The translations under genes and the position numbers were made by a program. The notes below the pieces were generated by a model. The model worked only from the letters and a program-made list of their open reading frames with translations. It was not told the origin of the DNA and did not search any database. From the NCBI GenBank assembly GCA_038207085.1, contig JBBRAE010000005.1:64001-128000 (forward strand): 64,000 nucleotides of DNA, read 5' to 3'. This DNA is from Armatimonadota bacterium. GTDB taxonomy: Bacteria; Armatimonadota; UBA5829; DTLH01. Within the stretch, counting starts at the first letter, position 1, and each line of letters opens with the position of its first letter. Positions 10,361 through 22,203 of this stretch are shown piece after piece.

Positions 10361-12082
10361 CTACGCGCCGGTTCCCTCCGTCCTAATATCACGGAGCATG
10401 AGCTGGAGATTGTCATATCCGTTATATGAATTCGACCTGATATTGTAACACAAATCGATGGACCGGCCAAGCTGAACCGACGGCTGGCGCGGCCCCATAC
10501 CAAAGCCTATACAGTCAAGTCTATCCGAGTGCACCCGCACCTTCATCTTGAGGTGAGCTCCCTCGCCTCCGACCCTGCCGGTGTCGATCACCTCTATCCC
10601 GGAGCTGCAGAACACAGGCTCGGGGTTGCCGCTGCCAAAGGGCTCCAGGCGGTTGATCTCGCGGAGCAGTTCCCAGGAGATTTCGGTCGGGTCAAGCTCC
10701 CCTTCGACAGTGATCCTTGGGATCATGTCCTCGGGCTTGATGATCTCGGTTGCGATTTTGTTTAGTTTCTCTTCAAATTCCGTCAGGTTGTCGGTGCTAA
10801 GCGAGAGCCCCGCCGCAAGCGCGTGACCACCGGAGCGTCTAAGGAGGTCCTTGCACTGGTTCAGCGCGTCGATCATATTGAAGGCTTCGATGCTTCTGCC
10901 TGACCCGTGCGCCGTCCCGTCCTCTTCGTTCACCGTAAGGAGAATCGCGGGCCGGCTGTAGCGCTCGACCACCTTGCTTGCGACGATCCCGACGACCCCT
11001 GAGTGCCAGTCGCTTGCCGCAAGGACGATCGCCTTGTAGAAGTCGAGGTCCTTGTTCTCCATCTTGGCATCGACCGACTGCAATATCTTCGCCTGCTCCG
11101 CCTGTCGCTCTATGTTTCGCTGTTCGAGCACCTCGGCAAGCGTATCAGCCTCTTCCCGGTCGTAGGTGAGCATAAGCTGAAGCGCAATCGCAGCATCATC
11201 CATGCGCCCTACGGCGTTGATTCTCGGGGCGAGCACGAAACCTACGTGGTAGGTGGTGATCGGCTTGCCTTCCAGGCCGTTACGGGCGATCATCGCCTGA
11301 ATACCGACCTTTTTGCTCTTGGCGAGCGCCTGAAGTCCGTATTTGACGATCACACGGTTCTCACCAACCAGAGGGCTAACGTCCGCAATAGTGCCAAGCG
11401 CCGCAAGGTCGATAAATGCCTCCAGGAACTTGGCTTCGTCGTGCCCCATCCGCCGCACCAGCGCCTGGGCGAACTTCATCGCAACACCGACTCCGGCAAG
11501 GTGCGGGAACGGGTAGGTGGAGTCATGCCGCATGGGGTTGACGACGGCAATGGCGCGGGGCAGATCGTCGCCCTGCTCGTGGTGGTCTGTGACGACCATG
11601 TCGATCCCGAGCGACTGCGCGTGCTCGATAGTCTCGCAGGCCTTGACGCCGCAGTCGGCGGTGATGATCAGCGTCGCGCCTTCGGCCTTGGCCTCGTCAG
11701 CATTGTAGGGTTTGATGTCGTAGCCGTCGCGTTTTCTGTGAGGGACGCGGCAGAGGACGTTTCCACCGAGCCGCTTAAGCGATCGAATCAAAAGCGCGGC
11801 GCTCGTCACCCCGTCTACGTCGTAGTCCCCGTGGACCAGAATCTTTTCACCGGCTTCAAGTGCCCGGGCGACCCGCTCTATTCCGGCCTCCATATCAGGC
11901 AGAAGCATGGGGTCGTGGAGTTGGTCGAGAGAAGGGGAGAGAAACGCGGCAACGGCTTCGGCGGTGGTAATCTTTCGATTGATAAGAATCCGCGCCACCG
12001 TCTCAGAAACCCGCGCCTCGCGCGCCAGATTTTGCACCTCAGCCTGATCGAACTTAGGCAAAATCCACAAAACGTTAGCCAT
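10361..12082 (-). CDS. recJ: Single-stranded-DNA-specific exonuclease RecJ
   Basis: GDYDVDG, TDHH, GTIADV, PRINAVGR, GGHALAAG and LEPFGSGNP motifs. Confidence 0.97.
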   Translation of the reverse strand: MANVLWILPKFDQAEVQNLAREARVSETVARILINRKITTAEAVAAFLSPSLDQLHDPMLLPDMEAGIERVARALEAGEKILVHGDYDVDGVTSAALLIRSLKRLGGNVLCRVPHRKRDGYDIKPYNADEAKAEGATLIITADCGVKACETIEHAQSLGIDMVVTDHHEQGDDLPRAIAVVNPMRHDSTYPFPHLAGVGVAMKFAQALVRRMGHDEAKFLEAFIDLAALGTIADVSPLVGENRVIVKYGLQALAKSKKVGIQAMIARNGLEGKPITTYHVGFVLAPRINAVGRMDDAAIALQLMLTYDREEADTLAEVLEQRNIERQAEQAKILQSVDAKMENKDLDFYKAIVLAASDWHSGVVGIVASKVVERYSRPAILLTVNEEDGTAHGSGRSIEAFNMIDALNQCKDLLRRSGGHALAAGLSLSTDNLTEFEEKLNKIATEIIKPEDMIPRITVEGELDPTEISWELLREINRLEPFGSGNPEPVFCSSGIEVIDTGRVGGEGAHLKMKVRVHSDRLDCIGFGMGPRQPSVQLGRSIDLCYNIRSNSYNGYDNLQLMLRDIRTEGTGA

Positions 12083-12113
12083 TGTCCTCTTCCCGATTGG
12101 TCACCCATCAATC

Positions 12114-12157
12114 AAAAAGTGCCTGTGGGGCTTACCGCAAAGCGCGTGCCCACAGGC
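12114..12157 (-). terminator. Possible intrinsic terminator between secDF and recJ
   Basis: GCCTGTGGG...CCCACAGGC stem followed by a T-run on the minus strand. Confidence 0.45.
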
Positions 12158-12234
12158 CCTTTATTCTCTATTATCTATACGGTTCCGTGCAGAAATCAAT
12201 CACAAACTGAGCAATCTAAGCCCAATCTGAAATC

Positions 12235-15018
12235 CTAGAACCGTCTTTTCTTTCTCTTCGGCTTGACCTTGGTCTTGTCGTCGTCTACGTCAACCCCACC
12301 GCCGCCGTTGCTCGGCGCGGGCGCGGAGACCTTGACTTCGGATGCGGTGACAAGCGCCTTGTCCTCAGCCACTCGTCGCTGTGCTGTTGTGCCACCCTTG
12401 CGGCGGTTGGCGATATTCTCCCAAACCACCAGAAGCGGTGTCGCGTTAAAGATCGACGAGTAGGTTCCACTGATGATACCCACGAGCAAGGCGATATACA
12501 GATGCTTGATCGAGAGCCCGCCGCCACCAAACACGGTCAGCGCCACAATCGTCAGAAGAACGGTCACGGACGTGTTTATCGACCGGGTGAAGGTCTGCAG
12601 GATGCTCTTGTTCGCGAGCGTCTCGAAGTCCTCACCACGCACTCTGTGCTTCAGGTTCTCACGGATCCGGTCAAAGACGACGATGGTGTCGTGCGTCGAG
12701 AAACCGATCATTGTAAGGACCGCAGTCACAAACAGCGTGTCGATCTCCCAGCCCCACAAGTAACCTGCCGCCGCAAATAGTCCTGTGATAACAAGCACGT
12801 CGTGCAGCGTAGCCGCTATTGCGCAGATACCATACTTCAGTCCATCAGCAAATCCGCCGACAGCAAACCTGATCGTAAGATAAAGCACGATTGCAATCGC
12901 TGCAAGGATAACCGCGAAGATTGCCTTCTGGGTAAGCTCTTTGCTGATGGTCGCGCCAACGCTCGACGAAGAGACCTTGGCCATTCCATACTTGGCCTCC
13001 AAGGCGTCTACGATCTTGTCTCTATCAACGTCGATGCTCTTCAGCTGATCGGTGCGGATGAACGCAGTGATCGGCTTGCCCGCACCCTGAGAGATCTGAG
13101 CGGTATTTTTGACGCCCAGACCCTCGATCACGTCGGAGACTTCGCCTGCCCGAATATCCCTGGGAGTGTTGAGCTCCACATTGAAATCGGTAAGCGAATT
13201 GCCGGTAAGCTTGGTCGAAAGCGCCTTCTTGATCGAATCAATCTGCGCCTGATCGTTCTTGCCAAGAGCCGCGGTGATCGTTGCCGTGTCACCTGCGACC
13301 TCGACCTTGTTTGTGATCTCTGAGCTGTTCGGGTCGGCGGACGTCACGAGATTCTCAAGCTGAGCCTGAGGAATGTCGATCGGCTTTGCGAACTTGGCTT
13401 CCATCCGAGCGCTCTCGAAGGTCATCTCAATCGTCGTTCCCGGCTTGAACTCGATACCGGGCTTCAGTCCGTGGCCGGTCTTCACAAAGTTCAGCCCGTA
13501 GAAGATAAGTCCCGGAATGATTACAATCGCGGACAGCGCGAAGTATGCATTTCTGCGGCCAACAACGTTCAGCCCGCTTCTTGTGAACCAGGAAGCTCCG
13601 AGCCCGAACATATTCGGGTTCTGCGCCCAGGGCAGACTGACCACAAGGTGCAGGAACGATCTGGTCACGAGAATCGCCGTGAACATACTGACAAGAACAC
13701 CGATCACGAGTGTAAAGGCGAAGCTCTGCACTGTGCCGGTCCCGATCTTCATCAGGATGAGCGCGGTGATGATCGTGCACATATTGGAGTCGAAGATCGC
13801 TGTGAACGCCCTTGAGAACCCGGCGTCGATCGCCGCATGAAGCGTCTTGCCACTCCGAAGCTCTTCTTTAAGTCGCTCAAATATAAGGACGTTGGCGTCG
13901 ACCGCCATACCGATCGACAGAACAAACGCCGCAAGACCCGCAAGCGTCATCGTAACGCCGAGCGCAGTAAACGCAGCCCACGTGAGCAGCGCATAGATCA
14001 CAAGCGCGACGTCAGCCAAAAGTCCCGGCAGCCGGTAGACAACCAGCATAAAGATCATAACCAGCGCGAAGCCGATCAGACCGGCAAGCTTTGCCTGTTT
14101 TACGGTGTCTTTGCCGAGCGTAGCCTCAACGTCGTCAAGCTGGACGATTGTGAGCTGCACGGGAAGTGCGCCACTGTTCAGTAGCTGAGCCTTCTGCTGA
14201 GCGTCCTCAAGGTTTGAGAACCCGGTGATCTGACCCTTGCCGTCGGGGATAACCGACTGGACTCTCGGCGCGGTAACAATTGTGTTACCAATGAGAATAG
14301 CCGTGGCCTCACCGATATGGCGCTGTGTGAACTCGCGGAAGTTCTCTGCGCCCTTGTTATTCAGCTCAAAGCGAATAACGGCCTGTGAACCGTTCTCGAA
14401 GTCGCCCACGGCGTTCGGTTTGAGGTCGTCGCCCGTGACGATCGGGGACTGCCCGTCGGGGTTAGTCTTGCTTTTCGCATCGATAACCTCGTCGAGAATC
14501 TTCTGCATTCCCTCAGGGGTATTGCTTTTGACGATCTCCTTGGAGACGGTGTTCTCGAAGGCATAGACATCCATTCCGGTCTTCTCATCTGCCTGCGGCT
14601 CAAGCATGAGCCACGGAGCGGAAGGGTTGCGGTCGGAGCGGACATCCTTCAGGTAGTAGATCTCGAGCTTGGCTGTGTCCTTGATCTGATCAAGCGCCTG
14701 CTGTTTGTTCTTCAGGCCAGGAAGCTCAACCAGAACGCGGTCATCGCCCTGCCTCGAAATCTGAGGCTCGGCAACGCCAAAGTTACCCTCAACTCTGGTC
14801 CTAATGGTGCGGATGACGGCGTTCATCTTATCGGCCTTGGCTTCAGGCGAAAGAATCTGCCCCTTGGCATCCTTCAGGTCATCGGGGTTAGCTTGCAGTA
14901 CAACGCGCATACCGCCCGCCAAGTCGAGCCCTTCGCGCATCTTCACCTTAGCGACGACAACCGAGGCACCGATGATAAGGGCAATGGTGAGCAGTAAATA
15001 CTTATGGTATTTCGACAC
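12235..15018 (-). CDS. secDF: Fused protein translocase subunit SecDF
   Basis: GLDLAGG, SGALPV, IGMAVDANVLIFER and GFSTHDTIVVFDRIREN motifs; GTG start at 15018 with GGAGGA RBS. Confidence 0.96.
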   Translation of the reverse strand: MSKYHKYLLLTIALIIGASVVVAKVKMREGLDLAGGMRVVLQANPDDLKDAKGQILSPEAKADKMNAVIRTIRTRVEGNFGVAEPQISRQGDDRVLVELPGLKNKQQALDQIKDTAKLEIYYLKDVRSDRNPSAPWLMLEPQADEKTGMDVYAFENTVSKEIVKSNTPEGMQKILDEVIDAKSKTNPDGQSPIVTGDDLKPNAVGDFENGSQAVIRFELNNKGAENFREFTQRHIGEATAILIGNTIVTAPRVQSVIPDGKGQITGFSNLEDAQQKAQLLNSGALPVQLTIVQLDDVEATLGKDTVKQAKLAGLIGFALVMIFMLVVYRLPGLLADVALVIYALLTWAAFTALGVTMTLAGLAAFVLSIGMAVDANVLIFERLKEELRSGKTLHAAIDAGFSRAFTAIFDSNMCTIITALILMKIGTGTVQSFAFTLVIGVLVSMFTAILVTRSFLHLVVSLPWAQNPNMFGLGASWFTRSGLNVVGRRNAYFALSAIVIIPGLIFYGLNFVKTGHGLKPGIEFKPGTTIEMTFESARMEAKFAKPIDIPQAQLENLVTSADPNSSEITNKVEVAGDTATITAALGKNDQAQIDSIKKALSTKLTGNSLTDFNVELNTPRDIRAGEVSDVIEGLGVKNTAQISQGAGKPITAFIRTDQLKSIDVDRDKIVDALEAKYGMAKVSSSSVGATISKELTQKAIFAVILAAIAIVLYLTIRFAVGGFADGLKYGICAIAATLHDVLVITGLFAAAGYLWGWEIDTLFVTAVLTMIGFSTHDTIVVFDRIRENLKHRVRGEDFETLANKSILQTFTRSINTSVTVLLTIVALTVFGGGGLSIKHLYIALLVGIISGTYSSIFNATPLLVVWENIANRRKGGTTAQRRVAEDKALVTASEVKVSAPAPSNGGGGVDVDDDKTKVKPKRKKRRF

Positions 15019-15482
15019 TCTGGAATCCTCCCAAACGTATGATGGCTGGCACTCCCCATAGGTTCCCAGCCCACGACGTGAGCAAATACCTACAGATGAA
15101 TATATACAGGTCATTATATTCGGTTAAGATCACCATGTCAACATTCGCTCACAGTTATAGAGCGATATTTGAACCGGCTATCTTTCCGACAATCCAGCTT
15201 CTACCAATCTATACGCAACCTCAGCCACAACTGTTACAGGAAACTATGGAGTGCGGCGAGCAATCGCCGCTTTGTTCTCGGCCAACAGCAAGGTGCGCAA
15301 GCGCCATATTATCACCAGCTGGGAGATTTGTGAAAGCGGCTCTCGCAAGCCGCACTCCAAATCAAGATTGACGACTGCCGACAGTGCCTATATGCTCCCA
15401 CACAAATCCCAAAATCGATTCATTTGCTCATCAGTTGCCTTCTATGGTAGAATTCAGTGAGAATAATCGCCCTATATAAAGG

Positions 15483-16394
15483 ATGGGCTTACAAGATATG
15501 CCGCTAGTAGTCGGCGTCAGCTTCCGTAAGATCGGAAAGGTTTATTATTTCGATCCCGGAGAGCTCGCGCTTAATGAAGGGGATTTCGTAATAGCCGAAA
15601 CGGCCCGTGGGATCGAGTTCGGCGAGATTATGATGGCGCCGCGTGAGGTGCCCGAGCATGAACTCGTCGCGCCTTTGAAGCGTGTCGTGCGCGTGGCTAC
15701 GGGTGATGACCTCGACCGCGCCGGGTCCAACCGCGACAACGAGAAGCGCGCGCACTCCGTCTGCCACAGAAAAATCGCAGAGCACGGGCTTCCGATGAAG
15801 CTGCTCGATGCCGAGTACAGCTTCGACAGCAGCCAGGTGACGTTCAGCTTCTCCGCCGAGGGCCGAGTCGACTTCCGCGAGCTTGTAAAAGACCTCGCAG
15901 GGGCTTTGAAGACCAAGGTCCAGCTCCACCAGATCGGCGTGCGCGACGAAGCCAAGCTGATCGGCGGTTACGGCACGTGCGGACGAGAGCTCTGTTGCGC
16001 GAGTTTTCTGTCCAGTTTTGACCCCATCTCGATGAAGATGGCCAAGGACCAGAGCCTGTTCCTGAACCCGGCCAAGTTCTCGGGCGTCTGCGGCAAACTT
16101 ATGTGCTGCCTGCGCTACGAGCACGAGTTCTACAAATACGCGCGTGAACACCTGCCCGCGGTAGGAGCGATCATTCCAACCGAGAACGGAAACGGTCGGC
16201 TTCTTGAGGTAAATGTGGTCTCAGGGATGATGATGGTCGAGATGGAAGGCGGCGTGATCGTCAATGTCTCCGCCAAGGACCTGAAGCTCGGTGGATGCTG
16301 CCGCAAGCACGGCGTCGGCTGCAACATGTCCCAGCAGAACTGCAAGCCGATTGTCGTCGATGAGCCCGAGCACGAAAAGGAACAGAGTAGCTAG
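15483..16394 (+). CDS. ricT: PSP1/YaaT (RicT) family protein
   Basis: RVDFRELVK, IGVRDEAK, CGRELCC and KFSGVCGKLMCCLRYE motifs. Confidence 0.9.
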   Translation: MGLQDMPLVVGVSFRKIGKVYYFDPGELALNEGDFVIAETARGIEFGEIMMAPREVPEHELVAPLKRVVRVATGDDLDRAGSNRDNEKRAHSVCHRKIAEHGLPMKLLDAEYSFDSSQVTFSFSAEGRVDFRELVKDLAGALKTKVQLHQIGVRDEAKLIGGYGTCGRELCCASFLSSFDPISMKMAKDQSLFLNPAKFSGVCGKLMCCLRYEHEFYKYAREHLPAVGAIIPTENGNGRLLEVNVVSGMMMVEMEGGVIVNVSAKDLKLGGCCRKHGVGCNMSQQNCKPIVVDEPEHEKEQSS

Positions 16395-16429
16395 TAGCCA
16401 GTCGCAAGTGACTTATTGAATGAATAACA

Positions 16430-16654
16430 ATGCCTATTTACGAGTTTCGCTGCACAAGTTGCCAAAAGAAGTTTGAAAAGCTCTGCCGGATGGGACAAAA
16501 AGACGGTGTAACCTGCCCGGACTGCGGGTCTGGCACGTCGCCCTTGTTCTCGACGTTCGCCTCAGTAATCGCGGGCGAATCGTCGTCAGGAAGCTCCTGC
16601 GCCGGCTGCGCAAGCGGCCAGTGCGGCAGCTGCAACTGTGGGCATCATCATTAG
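16430..16654 (+). CDS. FmdB family zinc-ribbon protein
   Basis: MPIYEFRCxxC...CPxCG with a Cys-rich tail. Confidence 0.9.
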   Translation: MPIYEFRCTSCQKKFEKLCRMGQKDGVTCPDCGSGTSPLFSTFASVIAGESSSGSSCAGCASGQCGSCNCGHHH

Positions 16655-16740
16655 CTGTTAGCTGTTAGCTGTTAGCTGTTAGCAAAACCACCATATCTGG
16701 AAGTCGTCTGCTAAGAGCTAAATACTAATAGCTAACGGCT
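16651..16740. repeat. Heptamer tandem repeat (TAGCTGT)x4 with a degenerate inverted arm
   Basis: TTAGCTG x4 at 16651-16683; GCTAAGA-GCTAAAT-ACTAATA-GCTAACG at 16710-16737. Confidence 0.8.
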
Positions 16741-16790
16741 CCTTATCACACGGCGGGTACTCCCCGCCCATTTTTATGTAAGGGAGCCGT

Positions 16791-18752
16791 ATGGAAGACA
16801 AAGTCTTTTATATCACAACGCCGATCTACTACGTAAACGACGTTCCCCACATTGGGAACGCCTACACGACGATGATCTCGGACATCGTCGCCCGCTTCCA
16901 GAGGCTAGAGCGGCGCGAAGTGCTCTTTGTCACCGGCACCGATGAAAACGCGACCAAAGTAGCCGAAGCGGCAGCCGCTGAAGGGCTCGGCGCGCAGGAG
17001 TTCGTCGACCGGATCGCCCCCAAGTTCAAAGACGTCTGGAGCGATCTTGAGATCACCTACAGCGACTTTATCCGAACGACAGAACCCCGGCACATCGCAA
17101 TCGTCCAGGAAGCGTTCAAAAGGCTCCTTGCCACAGGCGATATATACAAAGGAACCTACGAAGGCTGGTACTGCACTCCCGACGAGACGTTTTTCCGCGA
17201 ATCAGAAGTGACCGACGGCCTCTGCCCCAATCCCGAATGCCGAAGACCCGTGCAATGGGTGACTGAAGAGAACTACTACTTCAAGCTCAGCGCCTACCAG
17301 GACAGGCTGCTCGACTGGATCGAGACCCATCCAGAGTTCCTGCAGCCGGAGTTCAGGAAAAACGAGGTCGTCAGCTTCATCAAGCAGGGCCTCCACGATG
17401 TATCGATCAGCCGCGACAACAAGGGATGGGGCATCCCCGTCCCCGGCGACGAGAGCAAGGTCATCTACGTCTGGTTCGATGCGCTCCTGAATTACCTCAC
17501 CGCCGCCGGATGGCTTTCCGACGAGGAACGCTTTGCGCGCACCTGGCCCGCCGATCTGCAGCTTATGGGCAAGGACATATTCGTCCGCTTCCACTGCACC
17601 TTCTGGCCCGCGATGCTGATGGGCCTCGGCCTGCCGCTTCCCAAAACGCTCTTTGGGCACGGTTTCTGGTCCATTGAAGGGCAGAAGATTTCAAAATCCA
17701 AGGGCAACGCTATCTCACCCGCCAAGCTCGCCTCGGACCTCTCCGAGCAGTCGGGCGCAAAGCAGCAGGTTTCGGTGGATGCTATTCGCTACTTTGTCGC
17801 GCGCGAAGTGCCGTTTGGAGTCGACGCCGACTTCTCACAGAAGTCGCTGGTCGGACGCTTCAACGCCGACCTCGCAAACGACCTCGGAAACCTCTTGAAC
17901 CGCACGCTTTCGATGCTGAACAACTACTTCGGCGGCATGGTCCCCGAGCCAAAGGATGTCGCAGGCGAGATGATGAACCTCGTGCGCACTTCAGCCGACG
18001 AGGCCGCCCAGTCGTTTGCCGCGCTTGAGTTCACCAAGGGGCTTGAAGCGATCTGGCGAGCGATCAGCGCGGGGAACCGTTACATCGACGAGCAAGCACC
18101 GTGGAAAGCCATGAAAGAAGGCCGACAGGACGACGCGGCGACGACGCTCTACACCGTCCTTGAGCTCGCGCGCGCGGTGGCGGTTATGGTATCGCCGGTT
18201 ATGCCCTCGGCCTCCCGAGAGATTTGGGCGCAGCTTGGAAACCCGAGCGACTTCGACGCGCTCACATGGGAGGACGCGACCCAGTGGGGACTCCTTCCCC
18301 CGGGCACAAAAACCACCGGCCCGCAGCCGATTTTTCCTAGAATTGACGACAAACAGAGACAGAAAGAGGCAAAGAAAGTGGAACAGCCAGCACAGCCGCA
18401 GGCAGTCGAAGAGACGACGCCTGTCACACCAAAGATCAGCTACGACGACTTCGCGAAGCTTGAGATCATAGTCGCCGAGATAAAGACCGCGGAGCGCGTC
18501 GAGGGAGCTGACAAGCTCCTGCGCCTTATGGTCGACGACGGCCAGGGCGAACGCCAGGTGGTCGCGGGAATCGCGCTTTGGTATGAGCCGGAGACGCTTG
18601 TCGGCAAAAAAGTCGCGCTGCTTGCGAACCTGAAACCCGCCAAGATCCGCGGGGTGGAGTCAAACGGCATGCTGCTCGCGGCCGACATCGAGGGCCGCGC
18701 GGTTCTTCTTTCCCCCGAGGCGGACGTTCCCGCCGGATCAAAAGTGAGGTAA
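16791..18752 (+). CDS. metG: Methionine--tRNA ligase with C-terminal tRNA-binding domain
   Basis: YITTPIYYVN, HIGN, YVWFDAL and KISKS motifs; C-terminal OB domain. Confidence 0.97.
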   Translation: MEDKVFYITTPIYYVNDVPHIGNAYTTMISDIVARFQRLERREVLFVTGTDENATKVAEAAAAEGLGAQEFVDRIAPKFKDVWSDLEITYSDFIRTTEPRHIAIVQEAFKRLLATGDIYKGTYEGWYCTPDETFFRESEVTDGLCPNPECRRPVQWVTEENYYFKLSAYQDRLLDWIETHPEFLQPEFRKNEVVSFIKQGLHDVSISRDNKGWGIPVPGDESKVIYVWFDALLNYLTAAGWLSDEERFARTWPADLQLMGKDIFVRFHCTFWPAMLMGLGLPLPKTLFGHGFWSIEGQKISKSKGNAISPAKLASDLSEQSGAKQQVSVDAIRYFVAREVPFGVDADFSQKSLVGRFNADLANDLGNLLNRTLSMLNNYFGGMVPEPKDVAGEMMNLVRTSADEAAQSFAALEFTKGLEAIWRAISAGNRYIDEQAPWKAMKEGRQDDAATTLYTVLELARAVAVMVSPVMPSASREIWAQLGNPSDFDALTWEDATQWGLLPPGTKTTGPQPIFPRIDDKQRQKEAKKVEQPAQPQAVEETTPVTPKISYDDFAKLEIIVAEIKTAERVEGADKLLRLMVDDGQGERQVVAGIALWYEPETLVGKKVALLANLKPAKIRGVESNGMLLAADIEGRAVLLSPEADVPAGSKVR

Positions 18753-18753
18753 C

Positions 18754-20187
<1,434 letters not shown>

Positions 20188-20218
20188 GGGCTGTTAGCTA
20201 ATAGCTGTTAGCTTTCTT

Positions 20219-20254
20219 ATGATCGTGCCTGATACACTGATCAGGCACGATCAT
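20219..20254. terminator. Perfect 15-bp stem hairpin after the malic enzyme gene
   Basis: ATGATCGTGCCTGAT-N6-ATCAGGCACGATCAT. Confidence 0.55.
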
Positions 20255-20411
20255 TCCCCCCAACCCCACAGACACGCAACTCTTACAGGCTCCGTCAACA
20301 TTTCGCCCACCATAATATTAGTTGCACGACTGCATGGCGCACACTTTTGAATATTAGGTGAAGTTGCGCATCCGCTTGACCCGGTAATATCACCAGTTTC
20401 ATTCATCAGAC

Positions 20412-20440
20412 TTGACAGTCGGCCGTAATGATGGCATAAT
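20412..20440 (+). promoter_or_regulatory. Sigma-70-type promoter
   Basis: TTGACA-N17-CATAAT with extended -10 TG. Confidence 0.7.
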
Positions 20441-20446
20441 AGTGTC

Positions 20447-20606
20447 AGTTAGTAAGCGCCGAGGCATGCAGCGGCGTTACATACGGTTTGGAAGGAGACT
20501 CTTTTGAAAGAAAGAGTTACCTAAGACCGGCATCAAAAGCCGGCCACCAATGATTCAGACGATCACAAAGCAAAACGCCTCCGAGGATATCCTCGGAGGC
20601 GTTTTG
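20447..20606 (+). ncRNA. Candidate structured small RNA (unknown family)
   Basis: Lies between a near-consensus promoter and a terminator, has several hairpins and no sizeable ORF. Confidence 0.5.
20571..20606. terminator. Bidirectional intrinsic terminator
   Basis: CAAAACGCCTCCGAGGA-TA-TCCTCGGAGGCGTTTTG. Confidence 0.85.
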
Positions 20607-20634
20607 TGCAGTAGGAGGCTCTTGAGTATGTATG

Positions 20635-22080
20635 TCAGTCCAGAGTAAGCTCCGCAATGGTCGTCGACTTGCCACGCTGCAGTAGAACAAGCGCGGTATC
20701 GCCTGATTTCAGCTCAGCGACCGCCTTGTTGAACTGCGCCACGGTCTTGGTGGGCTGGCGGTTGATCTTAAGTATGATGTCACCGGGACGAATCGTCGGG
20801 TTGGACCGCCCCGCCGCGCTGTCGTTCTCCACGCTCCTCACGACCACACCCGGCGTATCCTCGTCGATCCCCAGCCTCTCAGCCATCTGAGCGCTGAGCG
20901 CATCAACGGTAAGCCCAACCTTGGTCTTACCGACCGCGCCGACTCTCTCACCCGCACCCGGAGTCTCGCCGATTGTCACCTGGACAGTCTCAGGCTTGCC
21001 GTCGCGGAATATAGTCATCGCCACTTTGGTTCCAGGCTTGGTCGAAGCGACCGTCCTTCTAAGCTCAAGCGCGGAGCCGATCTTGGCCACGCCGATCTGG
21101 GTGACGACGTCCATCGGCTTGATTCCGGCGACCTGAGCGGGTGTGTCTTTGGCGACCGAGTCGACCAGCGCGCCCTTATCAACACCGAGCGCTTTTGCCT
21201 TGGCGGGGCTGATATCCAGAGGCACAAGCCCCAGATACCCGCGCACCACCTTGCCCGAAGTAATCAACTGGTTCATAACAAATTTGGCGCTGTTGACGGG
21301 CACCGAAAAACCGATCCCCGCGTTTGCGCCAGATGGCGACTCGATAAGCGTGTTGATGCCGATCACCTCGCCGTTGATATTGACAAGCGGCCCGCCGGAG
21401 TTGCCGGGGTTGATCGAGGCGTCGGTCTGAATAAGATCCGGGTAGTAGCGCCCCTTGTTCGCCGAAGAGGGATCAGGAATCGTCGCCTCGCGGGTAAGCG
21501 CCGATACGACTCCCACGGTCACGGTGTTTGTCAGCCCAAAGGGACTGCCGACAGCCATCGCCCACTGTCCGACCTTGACCGTATCCGAATCGCCGAGCTT
21601 TGCAGTCGGGAGACCCTTGGCCTCGACCTTGACGATCGCGATGTCGCTTGTCGGGTCTTCCATCACCTTGCCAGTAAACTCGCGCCCGTCGTTTAGTTTC
21701 ACGGTCACGCGGTCGGCCCCGGCAACCACGTGCTGGTTGGTCATGATATAGCCGTCGGGCCGGACTATGACGCCCGAACCTGTTGACACCGACCTCGGCT
21801 GATCTCCATCGCCCTGGTCGGGGCCGTCTGGGAACGGAAAGCCCGGGAATAACTCCCGCATGTTGGGCATGTTCGGTCGGCCTTCGGCTTTGTGTTCTGC
21901 CGCGATAAAGACGACCGCCGGTTTCACTTCGTCCGCGGTTGATGTGAAGGCGTTCTGGAGGGAAAGCGCCGCGCTGCGATCCGCCTTGGTCGCGGCAGTG
22001 ATATCCGCGGCGTAAGCCGTGTGCCAGAACAGGCTGACCATGCACGCATAAGCGAACGCACTCCGCTTTGAGTAGGTCAT
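20635..22080 (-). CDS. htrA: HtrA/DegP-family serine protease with two PDZ domains
   Basis: GSGVI, TNQHVV, DIAIVK and QTDASINPGNSGGPL motifs; ATG at 22080 with AAGGAG RBS. Confidence 0.94.
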   Translation of the reverse strand: MTYSKRSAFAYACMVSLFWHTAYAADITAATKADRSAALSLQNAFTSTADEVKPAVVFIAAEHKAEGRPNMPNMRELFPGFPFPDGPDQGDGDQPRSVSTGSGVIVRPDGYIMTNQHVVAGADRVTVKLNDGREFTGKVMEDPTSDIAIVKVEAKGLPTAKLGDSDTVKVGQWAMAVGSPFGLTNTVTVGVVSALTREATIPDPSSANKGRYYPDLIQTDASINPGNSGGPLVNINGEVIGINTLIESPSGANAGIGFSVPVNSAKFVMNQLITSGKVVRGYLGLVPLDISPAKAKALGVDKGALVDSVAKDTPAQVAGIKPMDVVTQIGVAKIGSALELRRTVASTKPGTKVAMTIFRDGKPETVQVTIGETPGAGERVGAVGKTKVGLTVDALSAQMAERLGIDEDTPGVVVRSVENDSAAGRSNPTIRPGDIILKINRQPTKTVAQFNKAVAELKSGDTALVLLQRGKSTTIAELTLD

Positions 22081-22203
22081 TGGTTGATCACTCCTTCTGG
22101 TTAAGTTTATAGCGTTTGGGTTGCCGCATACGGGCAGCTCCACACCTGTAAAGGACGCATCGCTGCCCCGGCTATTGCAGAGGAAAGAAATTTCTTAAGC
22201 GTG

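Noticed and set aside
8992..12238. Long antisense ORFs (398 and 411 aa), and similar ones opposite ftsH, ligA, panC and others
   Set aside because: Shadow frames of well-supported genes in GC-rich DNA, with no recognisable motifs.
16740..16790. T-box or SAM riboswitch upstream of metG
   Set aside because: Only a small hairpin with a T-run is present; there is no T-box or S-box consensus.
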